NCBI GenBank assembly: GCA_963676835.2
Contig: CAXXFF010000002.1
Coordinates: 1,875,465 to 1,939,464 of the forward strand
Length of the DNA stretch: 64,000 nucleotides
Source: Marispirochaeta sp.
Lineage (GTDB): Bacteria > Spirochaetota > Spirochaetia > JC444 > Marispirochaetaceae
Reading direction: 5' to 3'
Below are positions 27,460 to 37,380 of this stretch, piece by piece; within the stretch, counting starts at the first letter, position 1, and each line of letters begins with the position of its first letter. A program made the position numbers and the translations under genes. The notes under the pieces were generated by a model. It did not search any database. It saw nothing but the letters and a program-made list of their open reading frames with translations, and had not been told where the DNA came from.

Positions 27460-28385
27460 ATAACATTCACCTCTATTGATGCTTTCTGCAATAATGTAAC
27501 TGCCCTGTCTACTGTTTCCGAATCTGCTGCGGGAATTGCATCCCCCGGGTTTCTGCGGCCGAGGTGTCCATATTTTTCTGTTCCAAGGGTATGGTGGGGG
27601 AGCAGATCAACCTGACTGATGTTTAAGTCTGAGAACAGGCGAATCATAGCGTTCAGTTCGTCATCTGTGGTATTTATCTCGGGAATAAGGGGAATCCGTA
27701 TTCTGATTTTTGTTCGGTACTTCCCCATGGCGGTTTGAAGGTTGTTAAGAATAACTGAGTTGGTTTTTCCGGTGTATTTTTTATGGGTAGCAGGAACTGC
27801 TGTTTTAATGTCAAAAAGCAGTAAACTTGCAGTTCGGCAGACTTCCTGCATTACATCCCATGCTCCATCTCCGCAGGTATCTACGGCGGAATGAACTCTA
27901 TGGTCTTTCAATTTCTCAAGCAGGGAGAGGGTAAACTCCGGCTGAAACAGTGGTTCGCCGCCTGAAAGTGTAACCCCTCCTCCGGATTCCTCGAAAAATG
28001 GTTTGTCTTTAATAAGCTCATCAAATATTTCTTCCACGCTAACTGTTTTGCCTGCAACACTTAACGCATCTGTTGGACATTTTAATGGGGCTTCATGCAG
28101 GAAGAAATCGGAGGTTCTGGCTCTCTGAGGGATTAGTACTTTTCCTTCTTTGTCTTTTTTTACGCTTGCATTAACTCCTGTGCTGGAGTAGAGGGTGCAA
28201 TCCGGGAGGCATAGAGTTCTGTTATACATCAGTTCCGGGAAGCTGTTCTGACTTTCCGGATTCGCACACCAGATACACCGGAGAGGACAACCTTTCAGAA
28301 AAATTGTGGTGCGTATGCCGGGGCCGTTGTGAAGGCTGAAAGTCTGGAGGGCAAATATGCAGCCCTTTGGTGTGCTATGTGACAT
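27456..28385 (-). CDS. Radical SAM activating enzyme of the glycyl-radical-enzyme family
   Basis: GPGIRTTIFLKGCPLRCIWCANPE (CX3CX2C), GGVTLSGGEP, DIK. Confidence 0.93.
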   Translation of the reverse strand: MSHSTPKGCIFALQTFSLHNGPGIRTTIFLKGCPLRCIWCANPESQNSFPELMYNRTLCLPDCTLYSSTGVNASVKKDKEGKVLIPQRARTSDFFLHEAPLKCPTDALSVAGKTVSVEEIFDELIKDKPFFEESGGGVTLSGGEPLFQPEFTLSLLEKLKDHRVHSAVDTCGDGAWDVMQEVCRTASLLLFDIKTAVPATHKKYTGKTNSVILNNLQTAMGKYRTKIRIRIPLIPEINTTDDELNAMIRLFSDLNISQVDLLPHHTLGTEKYGHLGRRNPGDAIPAADSETVDRAVTLLQKASIEVNVI

Positions 28386-28394
28386 TCCTGCTGC

Positions 28395-30761
28395 CTAAAA
28401 CTGCGACATTTCTGCCCTGGATATTATTTCGTTCTGAACTTCCATGCTCAGCTGGTGCCAGTTTGTCACGTAGGCGGCTACACGAATAAGCAGGTCCGGG
28501 TATTTTTCCGGGCTTTTTTGGGCATCCTTCAAAATAGATGGGTCGATCACATTAAACTGAATATGAAATCCACCGAGGCGAAAATAGGTACGGATAAGGT
28601 CTTCAAGGTTTTTCTGTCCGTTTTTTGTGGAGATCAAACCTTTGTTCAGCTTCATGTTCAGCAGGGTTCCGTTTATTGCCTTATGGTGAGGCAGTTTTGC
28701 CTGGCTGGATAAGATGGATGTTACCTCCCCCTGCTTAAGGTACTGAGATGGAGAGCTTGCATCCGACAGGGGTGCAGCCGCTTGTCTTCCGTCCGGGGTT
28801 GCCCCTACCAGCTTTCCGAAGCCTACATGAGAGGTAAGGCTGTAGAGGCTCACAGTGTAGAGACCTCCCCAGATATCCCTATAATCTTCTGCAGTGTCAC
28901 AACAGAGATTGAACAGATTGACTGCAATGGTGTTGGAATTCTCCGAATCACTGCCGAAGCGGTCTGTTTTGTTTAAAAGTGTCTGCCGAAGAACCTCTTC
29001 ATTCATAAAATTGTTATTGATTGTCTTTACCAGATCCTGGAGAGAAATTATCTGCTTTTCATAGACAAACTCTTTCAGAGCTGACAGTGAATCACATACC
29101 GTGGCGAATCCAACCATCTGCACACCGGTATGATAGGAAACGGCTCCGCCGTTGTTTACATCTTTGCCGCTTTGCATGCAGCCCTGCACTAGAAGAGATT
29201 CATAGGGTTCCGGCCAAAGATCCCGGTGAGCCTTCTGCAGGCAGGTAACTCCTTCAACAACGGAAGCGAAAAGAGAGGATAACTGCGCTTTAAAAGCCTG
29301 CATAAAAAGGGAATAGTCCGTGAGTTCCGCCGGTTCTCCCGTTGTCGGTCCCAATTGTCTCCCGGTGAGGGGATTTCGCCCGTTATTCAGGGTGAGTTCC
29401 AGGCATTTCCCCAGATTAATCAGTGCAGCATCTGCCCAGGTCCAGGTTTTACCCTGGACGCCGTATTCTACACAGCCGATAAAAGCCCATTCGCTTAAGG
29501 CGGTGTCTTCTGGTAGACCTGCCTCAATATACATTTTGCTTCCTATATGATAGTTGAAGAATTTTGGCTTGGAGTTTTCTGCCACCAGCGCCACCGAGGC
29601 ACTGTAAAATGCAGGATCCATTTCCTCTGTCCAGAGAAGGCCGATATCCGGCTGATACAGATGGACTTTTTTCTCCGCTTCAAGAAAAAGAAAGGAGAGC
29701 TCATCGGTATCATCATTTCCGTTGGCAGTGAGGCCTCCCAGCTGAACCGGCTGGCCCACGGGAAAACCGCCATAGTTTCCAGCTGCAGCATTATTGTAAA
29801 GCTTGAGGATGTCGTTTGTTTTAAAGAAAAAGCTGACCAGCAGATTCACCGCATGGTCTCTGTTCAGTTTTCCCCTGTCCAGGTCCCTTTGATAGTAGGG
29901 CTGCAGCATAGACGCAATCCGGCCCAGGGTAACCCCGTAACCGTTGGAATCGATATAGCAGATTACATGAGTAAGCCATATACTCTGCAGGGCGGATTCA
30001 AAGCTGTCCGGGGGATTCCAGGGAACCTTCCGGCAGTTTTCTGCAATGGCTTTCAGCTCTTCTGCCCGAGTGGTATCTGCTGTTTCAGACAGTGATTCTG
30101 CAAGATGAGCGTATCTTTCTGCGAAACTGCGCACCGCTCGGGTAATAATAAGCACGCTTTCATAAAACTCTGCGCTTTCCGGAGCCAGGCTGCTGCTTTT
30201 CAGATAAGTCTCCGCTTCGGAATCGAGACCTGAAAAACCTTTCTTCAGAATCAGGGCATAGTCGGGCAGAAAGTGTCCGGTTCCGCAGGTAAGCATGTTT
30301 TCTGCAGAGAATAATCCCTCTTTCCGCATCTGGAGAATCTGTTCCGGGATATCAGACAGCCCGCGGTCTCTGAGGGTTCTACCTTCCCACCATGGCAAAA
30401 GCTGGCGAAGCTCCTGTTTAACCTCATCTGAGACGGCGAATTTATCCCCCGGCCGTGTTTCGTAGCTGTCCAGTTCGTTAAGAATGAAATCGACTCCCCC
30501 TTCGGGAAAGATTGGTGCAGAAACCGGTTCCGGCCCGAGGTTTCCTGCCATAAGCTCCCAGGGTTGAATATAGATTGTCATTTTTTCAAGGATATCGCGA
30601 AGCGCATAGGCTCTGAGGAGAAGCGGTGATACTTCTTCATTTTTCCGGTAGGTTTCGGTAATGATTCGCGCCCGTTCGGAGGTGAGGGACGGTTTCAGCA
30701 GCCTGGAGAGATAATAATTACGTGTTTCCTGCAGACGAATCTCATTTGCAAACCAGCTCAT
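28395..30761 (-). CDS. Glycyl-radical-enzyme (PFL-like) homologue with Ala at the radical position; candidate alanyl radical enzyme
   Basis: 788 aa from MSWF; GCVE Cys loop (Cys430); GATPDGR; HIQFNV; YPDLLIRVAAY in place of RVAGY. Confidence 0.88.
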   Translation of the reverse strand: MSWFANEIRLQETRNYYLSRLLKPSLTSERARIITETYRKNEEVSPLLLRAYALRDILEKMTIYIQPWELMAGNLGPEPVSAPIFPEGGVDFILNELDSYETRPGDKFAVSDEVKQELRQLLPWWEGRTLRDRGLSDIPEQILQMRKEGLFSAENMLTCGTGHFLPDYALILKKGFSGLDSEAETYLKSSSLAPESAEFYESVLIITRAVRSFAERYAHLAESLSETADTTRAEELKAIAENCRKVPWNPPDSFESALQSIWLTHVICYIDSNGYGVTLGRIASMLQPYYQRDLDRGKLNRDHAVNLLVSFFFKTNDILKLYNNAAAGNYGGFPVGQPVQLGGLTANGNDDTDELSFLFLEAEKKVHLYQPDIGLLWTEEMDPAFYSASVALVAENSKPKFFNYHIGSKMYIEAGLPEDTALSEWAFIGCVEYGVQGKTWTWADAALINLGKCLELTLNNGRNPLTGRQLGPTTGEPAELTDYSLFMQAFKAQLSSLFASVVEGVTCLQKAHRDLWPEPYESLLVQGCMQSGKDVNNGGAVSYHTGVQMVGFATVCDSLSALKEFVYEKQIISLQDLVKTINNNFMNEEVLRQTLLNKTDRFGSDSENSNTIAVNLFNLCCDTAEDYRDIWGGLYTVSLYSLTSHVGFGKLVGATPDGRQAAAPLSDASSPSQYLKQGEVTSILSSQAKLPHHKAINGTLLNMKLNKGLISTKNGQKNLEDLIRTYFRLGGFHIQFNVIDPSILKDAQKSPEKYPDLLIRVAAYVTNWHQLSMEVQNEIISRAEMSQF

Positions 30762-31561
30762 TATTCTGTTCCTTTTTTTTCGGTATGTTTCGTTTCCCGG
30801 GAGGCAAAGAATTCTGCCAGCCTTTTTTGAGTATCTCCCGAAGCCATGGCGGCGGAGGAGGCTGCAGCTTCGGCAAAACACATCTCTGTCTCTTTCAGGG
30901 CTGAGGCAGTGTTTATGCACTGCTTTATCATGGCTATGGATATGTGACTGTTGGCAGATACTGATGTATTGAACTGCTGAATGTGTTCGGAAAGGTCTTC
31001 TTCGGTCCCGTAAAAATTGATCAAGCCCGCAGCGAAGGCTGTTTCTGCAGAAATAGTTCTGCCCGTGAAAAGCAGTTCCTTTGCGAAAGGTGCCCCGGTT
31101 CTTAAAGGGACACGGAAAGTGCCTCCCCAGCCGGGAATAAGCCCAAGCCCTGCTTCGGGCATGGCAAACCTGGCGGAAGTTTCGGCGTAGATAAAGTCGC
31201 AGGCAAGGGCAAGTTCCAGCCCTCCGCCGGCTGCGATTCCCCGGACCATAGCCACTACGGGAATTTCAAGGGACTGCAGTCTATTAAATACTGCATGCCC
31301 TCTTTTTACCCAGGGGCGAATACTCTCATGATCTATCTCCTGGAGGGCTTTCAGATTTGCTCCTACCAGAAAATACTTTGGTTCACTGCTTTCAATGTAC
31401 AGAACCCTGATATCCGGAACTGCTGCAGCAGCCTTTTCTATGGCATTTTCCAGCATCTCCAGAGATTCATAATCAAGGGTCGGGGGCTTGCCTGGAGGAT
31501 CAACGGATAAAAGAATCCGTCCGGTCTGGCCTGAAATTTCAAGGCTGATCACTGTTTTCAT
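30761..31561 (-). CDS. Enoyl-CoA hydratase/isomerase (crotonase family)
   Basis: GANL, G.A.GGGLELALACD, PE..LGLIPGWGG; TAATG coupling to the GRE homologue. Confidence 0.92.
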   Translation of the reverse strand: MKTVISLEISGQTGRILLSVDPPGKPPTLDYESLEMLENAIEKAAAAVPDIRVLYIESSEPKYFLVGANLKALQEIDHESIRPWVKRGHAVFNRLQSLEIPVVAMVRGIAAGGGLELALACDFIYAETSARFAMPEAGLGLIPGWGGTFRVPLRTGAPFAKELLFTGRTISAETAFAAGLINFYGTEEDLSEHIQQFNTSVSANSHISIAMIKQCINTASALKETEMCFAEAAASSAAMASGDTQKRLAEFFASRETKHTEKKGTE

Positions 31562-31571
31562 TATTGCTACC

Positions 31572-33113
31572 TCAGCTGAAAAAACGGGTATCCATGGTTT
31601 TCAGATTTGATGAGATAAGCGGGCGGAAATCCATGTTGGCGAGAATATCTCTCTCAAGATCTATGCCGGGAGCAATTTCTGTCAGCATCAGTTCTCTATT
31701 ATGCAGACTGAAGACCGCCCGCTCCGTGACATACAGAACCGGCTGTTTACGCTTGTCTGCATAGCCGGCACTGAAAGTACGCTGGGCCACTCCGGAAACA
31801 AACTTCCTGATTTCACCTTCATGCTCTATGGTAATCTTTCCGTTACCGCTTGTGCATTTAAGCCCCTTTGCGGTAAAGGTGCCGCAGAACACTACTTTTC
31901 CGGCATTCTGGGTAATATTGATAAAACCGCCGCATCCTGCCAGCATACTGCCGACCTTGCTTGAGTTCACATTTCCGGCGCTGTCCACCTGGGCCATGCC
32001 CAGGAAGGCAAGATCCAGCCCGCCACCGTCATAAAAACTAAACTGTGAATCCATGGGAATGATTGCTTCGGGATTATAGGCCATTCCGAAAACCACGCCT
32101 CCCGCCGGTCGACCGCCGATGGACCCCTGTTCGACTGTCAGGGTCAGCTGGTCTAAATAGCCATCTTCTGCTGCAACCGCGGCGACTCCGTCGGGAACGC
32201 CATAGCCAAGATTAACCACTGCACCGGAAAAAAGTTCCTCCGCTGCTCTACGGGCAATAATTTTTTTCGGTCCCGCCGGGAGGGGCGGAATGGTTCCCAG
32301 AGGAGTTTTGACTCCACCGTTAAAGGCGGGTTCATAGCTGTGGAGACAGGTCATTGTCTGTTCCGGGTCTACTACAATGTTATCTACGTATATGCCGGGG
32401 ACAATTACCTCCCGGGGATTGAGAGTTCCCGGCTCTGCCAGGTATTTCACCTGGGCTATAACGGTTCCGCCGCTGTTTTTTACCGCCTGGGCAATGGCAC
32501 GGGCTTCAAGCATCGGACCATCTTCCTCGCAGGTAATGTTTCCTTTGAGGTCTGCTGTTGTGCCTCGAATAAAGGCTGCATCTATATGAAAGCGGGGAAA
32601 AAAGAGCCATTCCTCCCCCTTGATCTGAATTACCTCTACCAGATCCTCTGTTGTTATCGTATTGGTTTTTCCCCCCTCCAGACGGGGGTCGACATAGGTA
32701 TTAAGTCCGATTTTGGTTATAACCCCCGGGGTTTTTCCTGCCACGGCATGATACATATGGGATAAAACGCCCTGGGGAAAGTTGTATGCTTCCACCTGAT
32801 TGGACAGGATCAGCCTGCCCATGGCAGGGGACATGCCGAAGTGTCCGGAAATATCCCGTTTGACCAGGCCGGGGTGGGCGAGGAAATCAATTCCTGTCCC
32901 TTCCCTGTTGCCGATACCGGTAGAGTGGATAATGGTAATCCCTGAAGGAGTTGAATTATCCCGGTAATGCTCTCCCAGAGTCCGGAGCAGGAGTGAGGGT
33001 TCACACACTCCGCCACCGGACCCGTGAATGGCAAGGGTCATTCCGTTTTTAATTTTTGAAGCAGCCTCCATTGGCGTAAGCACTTTTGTCTTCATTCTTT
33101 TATTCTCCTCCAT
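31572..33113 (-). CDS. Family I acyl-CoA:acetate/propionate CoA-transferase (YdiF/Pct-like, fused subunits)
   Basis: AYNFPQG, DPRLEGG, NLGYGVP, VEQG catalytic Glu, GGFINI, YVTERAVF. Confidence 0.92.
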   Translation of the reverse strand: MEENKRMKTKVLTPMEAASKIKNGMTLAIHGSGGGVCEPSLLLRTLGEHYRDNSTPSGITIIHSTGIGNREGTGIDFLAHPGLVKRDISGHFGMSPAMGRLILSNQVEAYNFPQGVLSHMYHAVAGKTPGVITKIGLNTYVDPRLEGGKTNTITTEDLVEVIQIKGEEWLFFPRFHIDAAFIRGTTADLKGNITCEEDGPMLEARAIAQAVKNSGGTVIAQVKYLAEPGTLNPREVIVPGIYVDNIVVDPEQTMTCLHSYEPAFNGGVKTPLGTIPPLPAGPKKIIARRAAEELFSGAVVNLGYGVPDGVAAVAAEDGYLDQLTLTVEQGSIGGRPAGGVVFGMAYNPEAIIPMDSQFSFYDGGGLDLAFLGMAQVDSAGNVNSSKVGSMLAGCGGFINITQNAGKVVFCGTFTAKGLKCTSGNGKITIEHEGEIRKFVSGVAQRTFSAGYADKRKQPVLYVTERAVFSLHNRELMLTEIAPGIDLERDILANMDFRPLISSNLKTMDTRFFS

Positions 33114-33140
33114 ATCTGCATTACGCCGGGTGAAGAAACC

Positions 33141-34445
33141 TTAGACGAACAATTCCGGCATGAATAATTTGGGAATGCCAAGGGTAATGGAGGGAAAAAC
33201 AATAATAAGAACAAGAACCGCCAACATAGCCAGCAGGAATATACCAATCTCCTTAAGAGACTTCATGGCATTGATGCCTGCGATCTCACTTGATATAAGC
33301 AGGCAGAGTCCGTAGGGCGGAGTAACCAGACCAAAGGCCAGAGAGATAACGCCTACAATAGCGAAGTGTAGAGGATGGATTCCGACATGGGCGGCAATGG
33401 GTGCGAGCAGTGGTCCAAGAATGACAATGGCTGGAACCGAATCGAGAAAGGTTCCGACCAGAAGGAAGATCCCGACGAAAATCATCAGCATCAAGGTTGG
33501 AGATGTTGTTATACCTCCAAGAAGGCCAACCAGAAAGTTTGGAATCTTATAGTAGGCAAGGACCCATCCGTATATCGATGCGGTACCAACGGCAAACAGT
33601 ACAATCGCGGCAAGCTGCGCTGTATCCAGCATGAGCTGGATAAATTTATTGAACGAGACCGTGCGGTAGATAAACATTCCCAGTATAAGAGAGTAGATTA
33701 CGGCAACCAGTGAAGCTTCTGTGGGGGTAACAAAGCCGAAAACTATACCGCCGACAATAATTATCGGAGTAAAGAGAGCGAGAATTGCTCCCTTGAAGCT
33801 GGCTACGAACTCTTTCAGGCTGAAACCGGATTCCCTCGGATAGCCTCGCTTGAGGGCGAAATAGAGCACCAGAGCCATCTGGAAGAGAGCGATCAATACT
33901 CCGGGAACAAAGCCGGCAAGAAACAGTCCGGCAACGGAAGTGCTCATTACACCTCCCCAGACCACCATGGTTATGCTGGGGGGAATAATGTTTCCCATAA
34001 CTGCGGAACAGGCGGTAACAGCAACGGAAAACTGCTTGTCATACCCTTCCTTTTCCATTGCGGGTATAAGAACCGAACCGATACCCGCGGCATCAGCATT
34101 GGATGAGCCGGAAATTCCTGCGAAGAGCATGCTTACTGCCACGTTTACATGTCCAAGACCCCCGGGAAGCGGTCCGACAATGGAACGGGAAAAGCGTATG
34201 AGACGGTCGGTTATCTTGGCTTCATTCATTACAACTGCAGCAAGCAGGAAGAAGGGAATCGACAGCAATATAAAGGAACCGTACTGCACCATCATGCGCT
34301 GAAGCAGCATAAGCGGGGTAACCCTCGGGGTTAATATAAGAATCGGGATGACGGCGAAGGCCAGGGTAAAACTGACCGGAACGCGGAGTATAATAAGCAC
34401 AATAAGTAGAGTGAACATTATGGCAGCAACAGTGGCAGCAGTCAT
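33141..34445 (-). CDS. dctM: TRAP transporter large permease
   Basis: SGSSNAD, IIPPS, TPTEA, TPPYG. Confidence 0.95.
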   Translation of the reverse strand: MTAATVAAIMFTLLIVLIILRVPVSFTLAFAVIPILILTPRVTPLMLLQRMMVQYGSFILLSIPFFLLAAVVMNEAKITDRLIRFSRSIVGPLPGGLGHVNVAVSMLFAGISGSSNADAAGIGSVLIPAMEKEGYDKQFSVAVTACSAVMGNIIPPSITMVVWGGVMSTSVAGLFLAGFVPGVLIALFQMALVLYFALKRGYPRESGFSLKEFVASFKGAILALFTPIIIVGGIVFGFVTPTEASLVAVIYSLILGMFIYRTVSFNKFIQLMLDTAQLAAIVLFAVGTASIYGWVLAYYKIPNFLVGLLGGITTSPTLMLMIFVGIFLLVGTFLDSVPAIVILGPLLAPIAAHVGIHPLHFAIVGVISLAFGLVTPPYGLCLLISSEIAGINAMKSLKEIGIFLLAMLAVLVLIIVFPSITLGIPKLFMPELFV

Positions 34446-34996
34446 TTGTTGTTTTCTCCTTCATCCTTGGAATTTTCATTGTGATGAATGGTGTACGAAT
34501 CAGACATGTGATGTTCCGATAGTCTCCGGGCAAAGATATCTCTGTATAGTTGTTGCAGAAGGAAGAGCAGCCATGAGAATCCTGCAATCGGAACAGAGGC
34601 ATAGAGAAACCCAAGATTTATGCCCGTGAGTTCTGATGTCTGGATAAGCCCCCACTCTTTAAAGAAACGGTAGCCGTATCTTACGAATACATAGGTAACG
34701 GTGAAGGTCACAATGTAATAGATGATCTTCAGGAGCACGTCGAACCAGACTGGAAGATTTTCACCGAAAATATCGATGAAAAAATGACGTGAATCACGAA
34801 CTCCAATGATCGAGCCGATAAAGACCATCCATATCAATGAAAAATTCGTTACTTCCAGGGTCCAGAAAAAACGGGGAATAAAGGGAATATATCTGCCGGC
34901 AACGGTCAAGCCGACTGCGGCGAGCAGTACGAACATCAAAAAGATCAATAAGCCGGTAAGGAACCGTGAATAGAGATCGATAAGCTTAGAGACCAC
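34442..34996 (-). CDS. dctQ: TRAP transporter small permease
   Basis: Four TM segments, WTLEV, HF.ID; position between dctP and dctM. Confidence 0.88.
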   Translation of the reverse strand: MVSKLIDLYSRFLTGLLIFLMFVLLAAVGLTVAGRYIPFIPRFFWTLEVTNFSLIWMVFIGSIIGVRDSRHFFIDIFGENLPVWFDVLLKIIYYIVTFTVTYVFVRYGYRFFKEWGLIQTSELTGINLGFLYASVPIAGFSWLLFLLQQLYRDIFARRLSEHHMSDSYTIHHNENSKDEGENNK

Positions 34997-35067
34997 AGCA
35001 TTGCTCCTTATATGGAAAAAGCAGGCGGAATTTACTCCGGCCTGCTTTAAGATTAGTTGGTTTCAGA

Positions 35068-36084
35068 TCAGTCCATGGACTGGATTTTCTCAAATATATC
35101 GAGAGCACCAACCTCTTTCGCATACTCCCGGACAACAGGAAGCGCGCGCTCCTGGATTATCTTATTGTCAGCATCGCTCAACTCAATGACTTTCAGCCCA
35201 TGATTCTTCTCCAGGTTGGCGATTATCTCCTGGGCTTCGGCAACTTCGGTTTTACGGTGCCAGCGGCCTGCATCAAGCCCTGCTTTAAGAATGGCGTCCT
35301 GCATATCCTGGGGAAAACTCTCCAGACGGGGCTGTGAGAAAGCGAGAATCCTGGTTGTAATCTGATGGCGGGTCATAACATAGTAGGGTGCAACTTCGTA
35401 GAACTTCATACCTTCCAGACCGGCGGGTTCATTCTCGAGGCCGTCTACAACGCCGGTTTTAATTGCGTTATATACCTCCATGTAATCAAGAGGAGTGGGG
35501 TTGACGCCGACAGCTTCAAATACCTTTGCATGCAGAGGCGAGCCCTGAACCCGCAGATCGATCTTTCCAAGGTCATCTACAGATTTGATAGGCTGATTAA
35601 GAATAAGGCTGCGGGCTCCGCCACCACCGTATCCGATGAAGTTGACACCTTTTTCGATCATTGTGTTTCTGATCGGATCAAGGGCGCCGGCTTCAAGGGC
35701 GTTTTCCCAGTTTGACAGACTCTTGAAAAGAAATGGTGCATCGATAACCGGGGCGGTTTTGTCCCAGGTTGCAGCCCATGCGGGGGAAACAACGGCAAAG
35801 TCTACCGATACTCCCTGCATCATAAACTCAAGCATGTCTTTCTCGGTTCCGATTGAACCGGAATGGTGCAGCTCGAATTCGACATCGACGGAACCGTCGT
35901 AATACTCATTGAAGAGTTCGACAAACTTTTCCATGGCACGATAGTAAACGTGACCTTCAGGCAGCATAACGCCTCCAACGAGGGTTATCTTTTCCGGTGC
36001 AGCGCCTGAATCCTGTGCGCCGCCGGCAAACAGTCCCAGTGACAGTACCGACATAACCAGAACCAATACAATAAATTTTTTCAT
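35068..36084 (-). CDS. dctP: TRAP substrate-binding protein
   Basis: Signal peptide MKKF..FAGG, LRVQ, EVYNAIKTGVVDGLEN, FYEV. Confidence 0.93.
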   Translation of the reverse strand: MKKFIVLVLVMSVLSLGLFAGGAQDSGAAPEKITLVGGVMLPEGHVYYRAMEKFVELFNEYYDGSVDVEFELHHSGSIGTEKDMLEFMMQGVSVDFAVVSPAWAATWDKTAPVIDAPFLFKSLSNWENALEAGALDPIRNTMIEKGVNFIGYGGGGARSLILNQPIKSVDDLGKIDLRVQGSPLHAKVFEAVGVNPTPLDYMEVYNAIKTGVVDGLENEPAGLEGMKFYEVAPYYVMTRHQITTRILAFSQPRLESFPQDMQDAILKAGLDAGRWHRKTEVAEAQEIIANLEKNHGLKVIELSDADNKIIQERALPVVREYAKEVGALDIFEKIQSMD

Positions 36085-36128
36085 AGATCCTCCCTTGCGA
36101 ATTGACTTCACGGCAGTTACCGTATTTA

Positions 36129-36145
36129 ATTGGAACGTTACAATA
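36129..36145. promoter_or_regulatory. LacI-type operator ATTGGAACGTTACAATA
   Basis: Quasi-palindrome centred on AACGTT; exact reverse complement at 38131-38147. Confidence 0.75.
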
Positions 36146-36326
36146 GAAACGATATCAGCCATGTTTTCAGCTGTCAAGAAAATAGTTGATATCAGCCGGA
36201 TTTTGGGGTATAACAGGAAACCTGTGTCGATGTACTGCTGGTTTTAGTGAAATTAATTTAAAAACCTGTTATTTTCACCCCTAAGCCGGTTTTATCGTTC
36301 CAACTCTGACAGGCACGGCGGGAAAT

Positions 36327-37343
36327 ATGAAAAGAGGAAAGCGGGTTACTATCAAAGATATTGCAGAGCATGCGGGGGTATCAAAATCAACGGTATCGCT
36401 GGTTCTGCAGAACAGTCCACTGATTCCGGAGGCAACCTCTGAGAAGGTCCGGAAATCCATTGACGCCCTTGGCTATGTCTATAACAGGGCGGCTGCCAAC
36501 CTCAGAACCAAACGATCCCATATAGTGGGAGTTATTATCTCTGATATCGGCAACCCTTTTTTCAGCGAGCTGGTGACCACCATAGAAAACAGCCTTGAGC
36601 CCCATGGGATTGTGGTAATGCTTACCAATATTGCCGAAAGTCCGGAACGGCAGCGCAAGGCAATTTCCACGCTTATGGAGCATAACGTGGACGGACTTTT
36701 CCTGAGTCCCGCGAGAAACTCAACCGTCGATGATCTTGGGCCCCTGAAAAACAGCTCCATTCCGGCTGTGTTTGTAAACCGCTATGTTGCTGATTACGCC
36801 TGTAACTATGTGGGCGGTGATAATATCCTTGGTACGCGGATGGCTGTGGAGTATCTGCTTGATCAGGGCCACCGGGAGATAGCCTTTATTGGAGGGGATG
36901 AGGGGTCATCCTCCCGGAAAGAGCGGGTACAGGGCTATCTGGATGCTTTTGCAAAATATGGGATTGATCCCCCGGAGGGCTTGAATATACATACCACCGG
37001 TAACCGTAAGGGGGGGTACGCCGGGGTCCGTAGTCTGCTTGAGTCCGGAGTCCGGCCTACTGCCGCTTTCTGCTATAACGATGTTATAGCTCTGGGTGTT
37101 ATGCTGGGGCTGGAATCCAAGGGGATTCATCCGGGGGGGGATTTTGCAGTTTTCGGCTTTGATGATATTTCCGAGGCGGAACTCTGGACGCCGTCTCTTT
37201 CTACGGTGGCGATATCTCCCGAGACTCTGGGAAAGCGTGCGGCAGCACTGATGATTGAGAAAATAGAAAACAACAGCACAAATGAAAGAATCCTTGTTTC
37301 TCCCCGCCTTATGATCCGCGAGTCTTCCGTGGGCAGAAAATAA
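36327..37343 (+). CDS. LacI-family transcriptional regulator
   Basis: VTIKDIAEHAGVSKSTVS HTH, GFDD..P.LST. Confidence 0.95.
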   Translation: MKRGKRVTIKDIAEHAGVSKSTVSLVLQNSPLIPEATSEKVRKSIDALGYVYNRAAANLRTKRSHIVGVIISDIGNPFFSELVTTIENSLEPHGIVVMLTNIAESPERQRKAISTLMEHNVDGLFLSPARNSTVDDLGPLKNSSIPAVFVNRYVADYACNYVGGDNILGTRMAVEYLLDQGHREIAFIGGDEGSSSRKERVQGYLDAFAKYGIDPPEGLNIHTTGNRKGGYAGVRSLLESGVRPTAAFCYNDVIALGVMLGLESKGIHPGGDFAVFGFDDISEAELWTPSLSTVAISPETLGKRAAALMIEKIENNSTNERILVSPRLMIRESSVGRK

Positions 37344-37380
37344 AACGGCCGCGATTGCGGCCGTCTGCTGTTTCCCGTTT

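Noticed and set aside
28395..30761. Calling the gene pflB, cutC, hypD or a diol dehydratase
   Set aside because: It has a single-Cys GCVE loop (not the PFL CC pair), Ala at the Gly position and none of the expected neighbouring genes
30762..30920. 53-aa N-terminal extension of the GRE homologue in the ORF track
   Set aside because: It overlaps the crotonase gene; the TAATG-coupled start at 30761 is more plausible
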